Source: Octopus sinensis (lineage: Eukaryota). Taken from it: a stretch of DNA of 64,000 nt. This document shows, one piece after another, positions 1 to 11,828 of the stretch; position 1 is the stretch's first letter, and each line of letters opens with the position of its first letter. A program made the position numbers and the translations under genes. The stretch covers positions 44,206,001 to 44,270,000 of the forward strand of contig NC_042997.1 in the NCBI RefSeq assembly GCF_006345805.1. Reading direction: 5' to 3'. The notes below the pieces were generated by a model. It saw only the letters and a list, made by a program, of their open reading frames with translations, was not told the DNA's origin and made no database searches.

Positions 1-286
1 ACAAACTATAGAATTTTCTCAATAAAGCCAAGAGAAAAAGATGTTTTATAAACACATTCTACCAGTATACGAAGTTTGAAATTCTTTTAGTTACCTAGAA
101 ATTATGTTAAAAACTGCCGTTCAAACCGAAAAGATCCGTATTTACGATAATATACATACACGTACACACACACATACACGCACACACACACATGCTTGCG
201 CGCAACCATATTTATGCACATAGTAATATGTGTATGTAAAATTATCTGAAGAGTCTTTAAACATTTTCTTTGTTTTACATTTACAG

Positions 287-673
287 CTGATGTTTATCAT
301 ATTGCAAGCTGCCGTTATGCTGGACGCGAAATGCGTCCCGCTACACAAAGAGCTGACTCTTGGCGCCTCCATTAGATCCACGTGTCCCAACGCTAGCAGC
401 GAAGAGTTGTGCCCATCAAAAACGGTTATTAACAACGATACTGAGCATCGGCTGCCAATGATATTGCTTGAACGTCGTTGCTGTACGAAATTGTGTTTGA
501 GCGGGAAACCCCACGTTTGCAAAGAGCAGTACATGGAGATCATTGTCATGAAACGACCGACTGTGAACGACCCCTACGTCAAGAAGAGCATGAACATTTC
601 GGTTGGCTGTGTCTGCATGCGTAAGCGGGAGAAGATTGATTTGCCCGAACCGACAATGGAGGAAGAGCGATAA
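287..673 (+). CDS. IL-17-like cystine-knot cytokine, main coding exon (first exon probably upstream of the window, or start at ATG 290)
   Basis: Polypyrimidine tract plus CAG acceptor ending at 286, in frame. Hydrophobic N-terminus LMFIILQAAVMLDA, then CPSKTVINNDTEHRLPMILLERRCCTKLC...C...IIVMKR...ISVGCVC, matching the IL-17 pattern CP-x-N-D-x-R-x-P-x-L-E-x-x-C...VGCxC. Nine Cys and three N-glycosylation sequons; TAA at 671-673. Confidence 0.8.
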   Translation: MMFIILQAAVMLDAKCVPLHKELTLGASIRSTCPNASSEELCPSKTVINNDTEHRLPMILLERRCCTKLCLSGKPHVCKEQYMEIIVMKRPTVNDPYVKKSMNISVGCVCMRKREKIDLPEPTMEEER

Positions 674-854
674 CAACATCAACAACAACAACATGAACAA
701 CAAACAACAACAAACAACAACAACGACGTCGACAAAGATTTGAAATTACGATACACCTTTTATTTTTTTAAAAATAATTTTAAATGAAATGGTTAAACTC
801 GAAAAAGTCAAGATGTACATACACTACATATGCAAACATACATACATACATATA

Positions 855-1210
855 TCTCTTCATAAACGGCAGTTGTCTGCGTTTTCTGTGTGTTGTTTTC
901 GTACCCTCACTCGACCACGGCTTTCAACCGATTCTGAATGAAACTGACACACACATAGCCCAATGTCATATTCAAAACTAACGATGTAAAATTTTAAAGT
1001 TCCCCCAGTTCTGAAAAAAAACATAATATTCGACATGGGGTCGAGAATCAAAACGCAAACCCATACCGTCTAGGGGACGCAACTCCCCTTTTTAACTCTC
1101 AAAAAAAATTACCTAATTGTTTCCCATTTTTTTGGTATTTTTTGGCTATACTCTCTAAAATGCTTTATAGTTATTTCCACAAACCTGAGCAAGCCGGGCG
1201 ATACTGCTAG
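855..1210 (+). mobile_element. Non-autonomous Helitron, family H1
   Basis: A^TC start; ends CCTGAGCAAGCCGGGCGATACTGCTAG^T (subterminal hairpin plus CTAG). Homologous to the reverse complement of 8292-8678. Confidence 0.75.
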
Positions 1211-1350
1211 TATATATATATATATATATATATTATAGTATATATATATATAAATATGCATGTATGTCTGTATTATGTATGTATGCAATTATATAATATA
1301 TATATTATATAATACATAATTACACATACATACAACATATGTACATACAT

Positions 1351-1384
<34 letters not shown>

Positions 1385-1557
1385 GCATACATACATACAC
1401 ATACATAATACATACATACATACAATACATACATGCATAATACAAATCTACACATACATACAAACACGTACATATATGTATATACATGTACACACATACA
1501 TAGAAACATACATATATACATACATACACATTTCAAAACATACATACAAAAATATAA

Positions 1558-1614
<57 letters not shown>

Positions 1615-2578
1615 GCAATAGAGAATATGCAAACCTTAGACCAACTTCTCTATCAACATAGAAACAGTGACAACCATTGAAAGCGTAACTTTGCAATACT
1701 CTCTACTCCACTACATTCCACGTTTTACTGTCTTTTTTTTTGTCCCCTTATACAGCAGTTATTGATATAAGATATGGAGCTGAGGTGGTTGTCCGATGGA
1801 ATAATATCCTACCATCTTTAAAAAATTCACACAAGCATACAAAAATACACATTGACAGTTTAGTCATGGTTATACAACAAAAATATTTGAAATAGAAAAA
1901 AGATATTTTTTACATTATACAACCTTTTTTTTTTACAAATTTGCATAACTATTTTACAATATTATATAATGATACATTTTTATACTGCATTTTATAACAC
2001 ATTGCAGAATGAGTATTCATAAGTTTTATATTTCATTCTTATGGGCATATATTTTTACATTTACAGAAGTCAAATATTTTTATATATGTATATTTTTATA
2101 TATGTACATTTTTTATATAATATCGATGTATATTTTTATATTTTTATATAATATATTCATAGAAAATTATATATATATATATATTTCAATAAAATATTTT
2201 TGTAAGATATTTAGTGTCAGTGGTTATTTATTTCTATTAATTTCTGTTTTAGTGAAGCATTGGGATCGATGGAGTTGCCTTAACCTTCCCCTCAAATTTA
2301 CTAGCTTTGTGTCTAAATTTATAACATTTTGATCTTTCCCATTAATCAGTCGCTATAAAATCAAGAACACAAAATAGAAAATAAGTCATCTTCCTCATAG
2401 ATTTTGATTTTTACTTCTCATTTTCAGAAAAGCAATAAGGAAATTAAAACCTCAAATATCTCAGAGCGTAATACAATTACAAACATACGAAGAGCCTTTC
2501 AGAAGTTTTGAGACTTTATTTTTTTTACTATAGGCAGTTATAACTGTCCAAGATTCTTGTAATTTTGGTACATCAATA

Positions 2579-2807
2579 TCTATAAAGCTGAAATGCGAAA
2601 AAGTTGTTTGATTTCTTGGTTATTTGTCTCATTTTGGGATGGGAACGGTTTAAGGGGCGGTAGATGGGGTCGGATTGGCACCAAAATTTACACTGGGGTG
2701 TAAAATGGAGTGGGCAATGGTGTGAGGAGGGTTGCAAATCGCTTGGGGCTACCGTTTGGTTGCCATCACCACCAAAACCCGAGCGAAGCACGGGTCAAAA
2801 TAGCTAG
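2579..2807 (+). mobile_element. Non-autonomous Helitron, family H3
   Basis: A^TCTATAAAG 5' end; ACCCG-AGCGAAGCA-CGGGT hairpin (2777-2795); CTAG^T at 2804-2808; no TSD. Confidence 0.75.
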
Positions 2808-2914
2808 TCGTTACTATATTTCTAATAAGCTGACCTGCCAACTTTTGTTATCCTTGATTGAAGGAGGTGGTTGTAAAAGCCCTTTGAACACACCCAACTA
2901 AAAGGTGCTTGTCA

Positions 2915-3192
2915 CAGCTGGCTAGTTTGCAAAATGCAATCAGGACGTGAAGACAGTTTGGAAGCTCGCCATGCGATGCAGTTTTGTGTTAAACAGAAAA
3001 TTATAAAATGCTCCAGACAGTTAATGGATTAACTTGTATGATCCGAGCATCTGTTTTTCGCTAACACAAGAAGCCAGGCAAAGCAAGTCCACTAGGAAGC
3101 TCAAGATGAACTCCGTTTTCGACAGCAAGGGTTTCATCTACATCCGCTGTGTCCCCTCTGACCAGACAGTCAACAATGGATACTTTGTGAAA
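2915..3192 (+). pseudogene. Mariner transposase remnant, internally deleted
   Basis: QSKSTRKLKMNSVFDSKGFIYIRCVPSDQTVNNGYFVK resembles the mariner K-x-M-x-x-x-FFD-x-x-G...VPxGQTVNxxYY block; truncated where the PLE fragment begins. Confidence 0.6.
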
Positions 3193-3995
3193 GATACAAC
3201 CTCGAGACAACGAATAAGTAAAGAAACTCTCTTTATTACAAAATACAGGCCACTTCTTAACGGGTCTACGACAAACGATTAATATACCTCAACTTTAGAA
3301 TAACAGAAATATACACACACAAATATTACATTCCAAAGAATCCATTACAAATCAGCCCCAATCACAGCTATAATCCATAACGTGCCAACTTCAAGTCATA
3401 CAACACCTCGCTACTTTCACTCATTCATATTCTCCCTTCTCTTTTTTCTTCTTCTTCCTCTTCTTCTTCATCATCATCATTATCATCATCATCATCGTCA
3501 TCACCATCATCATCATCTTCTTCTTCTCCTTCTCCTTCTTCTTCTTCTTCTTCATCATCATCATCATCATCATCAACATCGTCATCTTCTTCTTCTGCTC
3601 CACCTTCTACCTCTTAACTTTATCACTAATGCTTTTTAGTATAACACCTACGCAAATTCCATAAACAAACCTTTCAATAGAAATATTCTCCTGAATTGAA
3701 CTGCAACTGCTAGCCGCCACTGACCATTCAAAATACGACCATCAAGGCACTCCCAAATTTTTCCACCCCCTCTCCTCATAAAACCTTCTTCTTCTTCTAC
3801 CTACCAAGAATTCACAACGGCCTCGAACACACAAGTGCAAACAAGGGAGACAGAGAAAGGCAGAATGCCACTTATATTTGAACACTATACAAATATTCCT
3901 TTAAAAAAACTTTTCCTTTAATTTTTCTAAATTTAATTATTTAATCGTTACAGTTGAAAAGGTCTCAAAATGACCGAAACCGGTACTGAAATGTT
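3193..3995 (+). mobile_element. Penelope-like element 3' fragment (GIY-YIG C-terminus plus UTR/pLTR with hammerhead)
   Basis: RQRISKETLFITKYRPLLN* matches the PLE endonuclease end motif R-x-I-x-E-x-L-x-I...P-x-LN; a hammerhead motif follows about 670 bp downstream. Confidence 0.65.
3951..3988 (+). ncRNA. Minimal type I hammerhead ribozyme, U3-A8 core variant
   Basis: CAG | TTGAAAA | GGTC-TCAAAAT-GACC | GAA | ACCGGT | A | CTG: stem I, core, stem II, palindromic stem III, predicted GUA cleavage after 3985. Confidence 0.7.
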
Positions 3996-4038
3996 CTTTA
4001 TAAAATTATTTTAGCATTTTCTATTTTGACTTGTTTTT

Positions 4039-4087
<49 letters not shown>

Positions 4088-4843
4088 AGAGATGGGGAGA
4101 GATAGACAGGGAGGGAGGGGAGAGAGCGCGCGAAAGGAGAGAGAAGTGAGAAGGATATATTAAATGCACGAACTTTATTAATTACTTTGATAATTACGCT
4201 ACATCCGGGTTCATTCTTGTTTTGTTTTGCTTTTACTAATCACTTATTAAGGCAGCAAGCTAGCAGAAACGTTAGTATGCCGGACAAAACGATTAGCTGC
4301 ATTTCGTCCGTCTTGCCTTACATCCTTTTCGGGTCGATGAAATAGGTACCTGTTGCGTACTCGGGTCAATGTAATCGACTTACCCCTTCCCTTAAAATTG
4401 TTGGCCTTGCACCACAATTTGAAGCCATTAATTACTTATTCCGCAATTTGTAAAATAATAACACGATTAACTATCTTTGTATGTTGCTAAAGAGTTTTTT
4501 TTATAAAACTGCGTACATTCAAGTCCCTTCAATGCAGCTATTTTCGGAATTATAGCAATATCACACTTTACTTCCGTTTCAATCTAATATGATAAATGCA
4601 AAAAGTAATTTCCGTGTGTCAATGTGTCAGACTTCGACACCCTCTCTCACTATTTATTGACACTTCTACTATTGCTCATAATGGGGTGAGGGTAATAGTA
4701 GGCATAGTGACGGTGAGGGCAGTGGCAAAGACAGAGAGAGAGAGAGAGAAAGAAAAAGAGAAGGAGAGAGTGAGAGACAAAGAAATTTTGGGAAAGTTGA
4801 TGTTTTTACTAAAAATAGTAGTGCTGATGGTGGCAGTAGGAAT

Positions 4844-4898
<55 letters not shown>

Positions 4899-5590
4899 CC
4901 GGGTATGTGAGAAAAAGAGGGACTAAACACTGAACCAACATACTGAACCAACATACTGAACGATGGTAATAGGACGATAATAATAGTATGAGCTGTAGTT
5001 GTGATAGAGACGGAGGCGGGGTGGTGGTGGTGGTGGTGGTGGTGGTGGTGGTGGTGGTGGTGGTAGCCGAGATGGTCAGGGATGACGGTGAGAGTAAGTG
5101 ATGTGAAAGACAGTGATGATGGTGGAGGAGGGAAAGGCGGCGAACTCAAAGGTATTGATGGTGGTGGCGTCAGAAGTCTGAATGGTGTGTGTGTGTGTGT
5201 GTGTGTATGGCAGATGTGGTGACGGTGGTGGTGGTACTGTTGTTTATCAAGCAGCTTTGCAATAAGTTCCAAGTCGACAAATTATATCTCTGTTTTGAAG
5301 TACATTGTTCATTGCTTGAAAAATATTGTTCAAGTTTAATAAAATTTATATATACTCAATGCATTGTTGGGCCCAAGGCCTAATGAAGGGCCCTCAACGG
5401 GAGCTAGCTGAAAAGCCACCCTATCGGGCGGTTTTTAAGCTAGTTATATATATTTCTAATTTTAGAAATAAAAATTTGTAAGTGTATTGCAGAAATAAAT
5501 GTGCACCAATATTATTGTACGAGAGTATTTATTCATCCAATCAATTGGCTTAAACGGTAATGTTGTCCACGCATTCTATTCTCACAGTCA

Positions 5591-5974
5591 GTGGAGGCGC
5601 AATGGCCCAGTGGTTAGGGCAGCGGACTCGCGGTCGTAGGATCGCGGTTTCGATTCCCAGACCGGGCGTTGTGAGTGTTTATTGATCGAAAACACCTAAA
5701 AGCTCCACGAGGCTCCGGCAGGGGATGGTGGTGATCCCTGCTGTACTCTTTCACTACAACTTTCTCTCACTCTTACTTCCTGTTTCTGTTGTACCTGTAT
5801 TTCAAAGGGCCGGCCTTGTCACTCTCTGTGTCACGCTGAATATCCCCGAGAACTACGTTAAGGGTACACGTGTCTGTGGAGTGCTCAGCCACTTACACGT
5901 TAATTTCACGAGCAGGCTGTTCCGTTGATTCGGATCAACCAGAACCCTCATCGTCGTAACCGACGGAGTGCTTC
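5591..5974 (+). mobile_element. tRNA-derived SINE, head 1 plus tail A
   Basis: A box TGGCCCAGTGG, B-box-like GGTTTCGATTCC; near-identical to copies at 11829, 16747, 48604 and 53047. Confidence 0.85.
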
Positions 5975-6454
5975 TTCTCTTTCTTCTTCTCACACTCTTT
6001 TCGCCACTTCTTTGTCTTAAAATGGTTTTTATTATTCACCCTTTCAGTATTCCAAAATGAAAAGATTAGAAATGGAAAGCAATAATTTTAAAAAGAAAAT
6101 GCAAAATCATAAATGGAGAAGAATACTGGGAAAAACCTTCCAGTTGTGGCGTAAGAATTTCATTTTATGTTACTCAGCTAAGAAAAATAATTGAATGATA
6201 TTAAGTGCGCAGCCCTTGCAAGCTGCGAGGATATCTCATCGAAAAGTGGTCAACTTTAGTTCTCGCATTTATCAACATAAATGAGTAACTGATCAAAAGT
6301 AGCGAATAAACACGCTTATAATGCAAGTAGTTATTTATTTTAAGAAATTCAAAGGTAGGAAAGAAGGTGACTACGAAGAAATGTTTACTGCAAAAAATGG
6401 CCGGATTTATGAAAAAAAAAAAAAATCAAGCCGGTTGCGAAATGTAAATGTACG

Positions 6455-6600
6455 TGAAGAAGAAGAAGAAGAAAGAAGAAAGAAGAAGAAGAAGAAGAAG
6501 AAGAAGAAGAAGAAGAAGAAGAAGAAGAAGAAGAAAGAAGAAGAGAAGAAGAAGAGAAGAAGAAGAAGAGGAGGAAGAAGAAGAAGAAGAAGAAGAAGAA
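6455..6600. repeat. (GAA)n microsatellite
   Basis: Direct reading; source of the poly-K/R/E ORFs in the track. Confidence 0.95.
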
Positions 6601-6602
6601 GG

Positions 6603-6849
6603 GCAGACGAAATATCTATTTCTTTACTACCCACAAGGGGCTAAACACAGAGAGGACGAACAAGGACAGACAAATGGATTAAGTCGATTATATCGACCCC
6701 AGTGCGTAACTGGTACTTATTTAATCGACCCCGAAAGGATGAAAGGCAAAGTCGACCTCGGCGGAATTTGAACTCAGAACGTAGCGGCAAACGAAATACC
6801 GCTAAGCATTTCGCTCGGCGTGCTAACGATTCTGCCAGCTCGCCGCCTT
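6603..6849 (-). mobile_element. SINE family B
   Basis: Reverse complement of AAGGCGGCGAGCTGGCAGAA...TGAGTTCAAATTCCGCCGAGG...; many copies in the window. Confidence 0.8.
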
Positions 6850-7058
6850 AGTTAATAAATGATATTCACAAAAAAGATGGCTTCACACGAAAAGAATTTT
6901 GGGAATCATCTCATGATTTAGGGGCAGTAAAAATGATTTTAAAATCTGATACAAGTTACAAAATAAATAAATAAATAAATATAATAAACAACCGCCTACA
7001 CACAAAAAACAAATACGAAAGATATTGGGAACAAATTCTATCACCAATTTATTGATGA

Positions 7059-7447
7059 CTAGCAGTATCGCCCGGCGTTGCTCGGATTTGTAAGGGAAAT
7101 AACTATAGAAGCATTTTTAGAGATGTAAAGTATAATAGCCATCTCAATATGGCTAACCACAAAGGGGGGGGTGTTACTGTAGCTTTTTACCTTCTGAGAT
7201 TTAATAATACATTTTTAGAGAGTTACTTCCCTTATATAATTGCAAAAAAAATGCATTAAAAATGGAAAAAATGATGGTAAATTGTTTTTAAAATCGTAGA
7301 CGCTCGCTAATACCCAGAAGGGTTCGATATGAATCACGACTATAAGATACCCGCTTTTGGTTACACTGCACCGCAAAATGTGGAAGTAGTTAGGAATCTA
7401 AATCGTAGGAGACAGACAGCACACAACCTCACTTTTATATATATAGA
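7059..7447 (-). mobile_element. Non-autonomous Helitron, family H2
   Basis: Minus strand starts A^TCTATATATATAAAA and ends CCGAGCAACGCCGGGCGATACTGCTAG^T. Confidence 0.8.
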
Positions 7448-7689
7448 TTTGGGCAAGAATTGGCAAACCAGTGACCGAGTGTTCGGGATGAAGTAAAAAC
7501 CGTCTTAGCATTGAATTCTTAAATACTACCTAAAAAAAGAGGGAGAGAAGAGGTGACAACAATCAGTATTCTCGCTGCTGCTCATTATTTGTAAGATTAT
7601 AGGATTTAGTCACACGTATATGCCTGATTGATTGCACCCTCAAAGAAAATCTGCTGGATGCGCTAAGTGGTCTCAAACACTGTCGGTGG

Positions 7690-7990
7690 CTTCACGTCGA
7701 TATTATAGGTACAGGAGAAAGACGCAGAAAAAATACGCCGCGCAAAGAATGGAGATCTATGTTATCTTTATCGACTTGATGAGAGACTTCAATTCGTAAA
7801 GATGTGGATCATCTTTGTCAAGTTCGATTGCCCACAAAAATTCACTCGCTTCATCCACCTCTGTTACAGTGGTAGAGCTGGATCAGTGCTAGTTACGTCA
7901 GACCGACCGTACCTTTTGAAAAAGGAGTGACAGACACTAAGCTGAGGCTCTAATCACTTGTTCAATTACTGTGTCAAAGATAATTTTCAG
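7690..7990 (+). pseudogene. Degraded RTE-BovB-like reverse transcriptase fragment
   Basis: DLYVIFIDL...WIIFVKFDCPQKFTRFIHL resembles RTE DLYxxFIDLTKAFD...LWxILxKFGCPxKF. Confidence 0.5.
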
Positions 7991-8291
7991 TATTTTAGCG
8001 CAGCACCAAAACGGTTGAAAGCTTGTGTTAGTAATTGAACCAGTTGACGTAGTCAGCAACTTTCTAGCTTGTGATAAAAGGAAACCTCTCAGCGTGAAAC
8101 CTTCTCCTTATGGTTCATCATATTCCCCACTAGCCTTGATGGAATAAACCACAACTGAATCCATCGAAAATGAGAATGTATTGTGCTTTCCTCACCTGCA
8201 ATGAGCCACCTGTGATGATGGATTTTTAGCATCCAGCTTGAATGTTACACATACTAGTTAGAGGTATTGCGATATTTATTTTATTGATCAA

Positions 8292-8678
8292 CTAGCAATA
8301 TCGCCCGGCGTTGCTCGGGTTTGTAAGGGAAATAACTATAAAGCATTTTTAGAGAGTTATAGCCAAAAATAGCAAATAAATGGAAAAAAAATTATGGTAA
8401 ATTATTTTTTGAGAGTTAAAAAGGTCGAGTTGCGCCCCCTAGACAGTCTGTTGTTTGTGTTTCTGATTCTCGACTCCATGTCGAATTTATCGATTTTTTT
8501 CAGAACTGGGGGAACTTTTCAAAGTTGTCGCTGCGTTAGTTTTGAATTATGACATTGGGCTATGTGTGTGTCAAGTTTCATCAGAATCGGTTGAAAGCCG
8601 TGGTCAGGGTGAGGGTACAACCTGACAGACACACAGACACGCAGACAGACAGACTGCCGTTTATATATAGAGAGAAGA
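8292..8678 (-). mobile_element. Non-autonomous Helitron, family H1
   Basis: TC/CTAG termini at an AT site; 3' hairpin identical to family H2; 5' half matches 855-1210. Confidence 0.8.
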
Positions 8679-8694
8679 TATTACATTTTGACGT

Positions 8695-9295
8695 AAGGTG
8701 GCGTGCAAGCAGAATCGTTAGCACGCCGGACAAAATTCTTATCGGCATTTCGTCCGAGTTTAGGTTCTGAATTTAAATTCCGCCACGGTTAACCTTACCT
8801 TTCATTCTTTCGGAGTTAATAAAAGAAGAACCAGTTTTGAACACTCGGGTTGATGTAATCGACTTACCCACTTCGCTCGAAATTGCTGGCCTTGTTCCAA
8901 AATTTGAAACCATTATTATTATTATTATTGCAAGTGAAAAAGGCGGCAAGCTGGCAGAAATGTTAGCACGCCGGTATTTCGTCCGTCTTTACATTCTGAG
9001 TTTAAATTCCGCCGGGGTCGACTTTGCCTTTCATCCTTTCAGGGTCGATTAAATAAGTACCAGTTATGCACTGGGGTCGATGTAGTTGACTTAATCCCTT
9101 TGTCTGTCTTTGTTTGTCCTCTCTGTGTTTAGCCCCTTGTGGGCAGTAAAGAAATGGGTATTTCGTCTGTCTTTACGTTCTGACTTCAAATTCCTCCAAG
9201 GCCGACTTTGCCTTTCACCCTTTTGAGGTCGATGTAATCGACTCATCCCCTCCCCCGAAATCGCTGGCTTTGTCCCAAAAATTTGTAACCATTAT
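8695..9295 (+). mobile_element. Two adjacent SINE family B copies
   Basis: Heads at 8695 and 8940, same body as 6603-6849. Confidence 0.7.
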
Positions 9296-9667
9296 TGTTG
9301 CAAATAGAATACGTCGATTTTATCGAATTTTGTTGTTTTGAGCTAAGTAATTTTGGATTTTGTCGTACCATTTTGGTATTAAGCCAACTGGCTGCTTCTG
9401 ATGTTAGTTGACGCAGTGAAATTTTCATCCCTTTGAAGCTAATTTTGACTGTATAAAGCTAAAGCAAATATATATACTTTAAAAAAATGCTTTGTGGCTT
9501 CTCAAATCAAGGGAGGAGATGGCTCTTTGAAGAGCCATTACGAAAATAGGTCCCCTTTACTACTTGCTACACTTACCAATGCAATGATAACAATAATAAT
9601 GACGATAACATCGACAAAGCAACACAAATGAAAAAAGACGTGAAAGTAATACTACCTCTACCACTGC

Positions 9668-9727
9668 AGTATATACTAACCACAATAGTATATACTAACC
9701 ACAATAGTATATACTAACCACAATAGT
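9668..9727. repeat. 19-bp tandem repeat, three copies
   Basis: AGTATATACTAACCACAAT repeated three times. Confidence 0.9.
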
Positions 9728-9795
9728 GACAAACAAAACAAAGAGAACATTGAAACAAACTCAACCGCCACCACCATCACTAGCACAAACTTTAA

Positions 9796-10296
9796 TCTAT
9801 ATATATAAAACTGTAGTTGTGTGAGTGTCCGTCCCCTTCGATTTAGATTCCTAACTATTCCCACATTTTGCGGTGCAGTTTAACCAAAAGTGGGTATCTT
9901 CTAGTCGTGATTCATATTGAGCCCGTCTGAGTATTAGCGCGCGTCTACGATGAGTCTACGATTTTAAAAATAATTTAACATAATTTTTATTCCATTTTAA
10001 TGCATAATTTTTCGTGTTGATGGCGGCGGAGTTGGCGTCCATGGTCACACCTGCACCTGTTTGCTTCTCCCCTCCCTCGTGAAGCTGTGGGGAAGGGAGT
10101 GTAAGGAAATCAACGTCGTAAAGCGTTGTCAAGGAGACCGGCGTTCTTTTAGAACAACGACTTCATGGCTTGAAGACACCAAAACAGAAATGGCTAAGAA
10201 AGCCCGAATTGGCATCTATAAGGGAAGTAACTCTCTAAAAATGCTTATATAGTTATTTCCCTTACAAACCCGAGCAACGCCGGGCGATACTGCTAG
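9796..10296 (+). mobile_element. Non-autonomous Helitron H2 with an extra internal segment of about 195 bp
   Basis: A^TCTATATATATAAAA ... CCCGAGCAACGCCGGGCGATACTGCTAG^T; segment ~10013-10208 is absent from the 7059 and 13584 copies. Confidence 0.8.
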
Positions 10297-10429
10297 TACA
10301 ATATAAATAGTAAACACCGAGGCTTGCAAACTAAGTGGGAAAGAATTCGTGATTGTGTGTATAAAACTACAGGCAGTTTATTTATCAGACAAAATAACTA
10401 AAGAATTCAAAAGCTAATCTCGCAAAAGA

Positions 10430-10790
10430 TGGTAGAATAATTTACAAAAACGCATTGTAAACAAGTCCAAGAGGAAACCTTAAGAAAAACCATATTATAC
10501 AAATATGTTGGATTCTAAATGGGGTGACGTGAGCAAGAGATGCGGACTCAGATTTAAAAGTGTCTTAAATCAATCTGAGGTGTAAATGCCTGCTTCAAGA
10601 GGTCGAGGAAGACGTTATGGCACAGTTGAGGTGAAGTTTAAAACGGAAGAAGCCAAAGAAAATTCAACAAAACTAAATAGCTATTAACTGCTCCTGATTC
10701 CAACATACGATCGGGGAATTGTAAAGATAGAGGTGGCAGAGGTACCAACAGAAGTAGATATTTCTCTGCTGGTGGCGGAAGTTGAATACA
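10430..10790 (+). pseudogene. Possible LINE ORF1 remnant (L1/Tx1-like)
   Basis: Long near-open frame GRGRRYGTVEVKFKTEEAK...LLIPTYDRGIVKIEVAEVPTEVD with stops; family assignment by resemblance only. Confidence 0.4.
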
Positions 10791-10799
10791 GTGTAGAAA

Positions 10800-11179
10800 A
10801 TAAATTCTGTATTTTACAAGATCTTGCAGTGCATTCTTTTTTTTATCAAGTTGACAGCTTTGATAGCATTTATAAGTGCATCATTCAAACGGCCTGCCAT
10901 GTGTTTGGCGACCAGATGCTGTCGATGAAGAACACGGTGCATACAAAGCACATTAGGAACAGCTTTTTTTAAGTAAGCACTGAATCCCCGATGTCTTCCG
11001 CCATCTGTTGCACAAAAATACATACATACATGTTAATATTTTATGATTCCCAAATTTTCTGTGCTGCACACCCCGCGCAGGCTCCTATGGCTCCATATTT
11101 TTCAAACTTAGCCTTGTGGCTCCCTAGAAATGTTTCATGGTCCCCTAGGGAGCTATATGGCTCCCGTTGAGAAACCCTG
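10800..11179 (-). mobile_element. hAT (Buster/Charlie-like) deleted element: 5' TIR plus transposase fragment
   Basis: Minus strand begins CAGGGTTTCTCAAC after a TAGAG-type target. CATDG..RHRGFSAYLKKAVPNVLCMHRVLHRQHLVAKH matches the Buster/SCAND3-type D...CxxHRQxL block. Confidence 0.75.
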
Positions 11180-11251
11180 CTCTAAATCAATCAAATGGTT
11201 TAAGCATAGAATTGAACTTCTGGCACAATGATGGCAATAGATAATAGTACC

Positions 11252-11563
11252 AGCCAATGTAAAATGCGGACGCATACTAACAATATTCTTAACAATTAAA
11301 TCTGGAAAAATAGAGGAAAAGAGAAAAAAAAACCTCATTAAAATTTGAGCTTAAAATATTACTCTTAGGTACTACTTCATATCTTTTTTAAAATTCGATT
11401 AATTTCACTTTTTTGTACTAAATGAATTAATAAAAAATTTTAATTCGAATTTTAGCATCAATATTTTAAGCTCTAATTTTAATGATTTTTTTTTCTTGTC
11501 CTCTACTTTCCAGCTTTAATTGTTAAGAATATTGTTAGTATGCGTGCCCATTTTTCATTGGCT
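11252..11563. mobile_element. Fold-back MITE with inverted arms of about 105-110 bp
   Basis: 11252-11360 is the reverse complement of 11460-11563 (AGCCAATG...GCATACTAACAATATTCTTAACAATTAAA...AAAATATT). Confidence 0.75.
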
Positions 11564-11828
11564 AGTCCAGTGTCTTTACAGGAATAGCAGTAATAGTAAA
11601 ATTTTAATTAAAAATATATAAAATTACCATTTTTTGCAGTCATTTTAAATTCAAAAATTTCCAAGAAAATGACTTTATTTTTAATAGATTAAATTAATAT
11701 TGAATAGAATATAATTACACATAGCATTTGCCTTTTCTGAACAGCCTTACTACAGACTTCAGTACCGCTCATTGAGACAAAGCCACAAATAATCATATTC
11801 TATTTACTATAAAATTAATAAATAAATT

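Noticed and set aside
1273-1696. Cys/Val/Tyr/Ile- or His/Thr-rich ORFs here and at 24344, 29002, 30510, 40211, 42018 and 57973
   Set aside because: Translations of (TA)n, (TG)n and (CAT)n microsatellites, some running into the N gap.
5340-5443. Helitron 3' end (hairpin plus CTAG^T)
   Set aside because: The 3' signature is plausible, but no 5' TC end or second copy could be identified, so it is not listed as a feature.
5591-5670. tRNA genes at SINE heads (also 11829, 16747, 27766, 48604, 53431)
   Set aside because: A and B boxes are present, but the sequence continues into SINE bodies with TSDs and lacks a complete acceptor stem.
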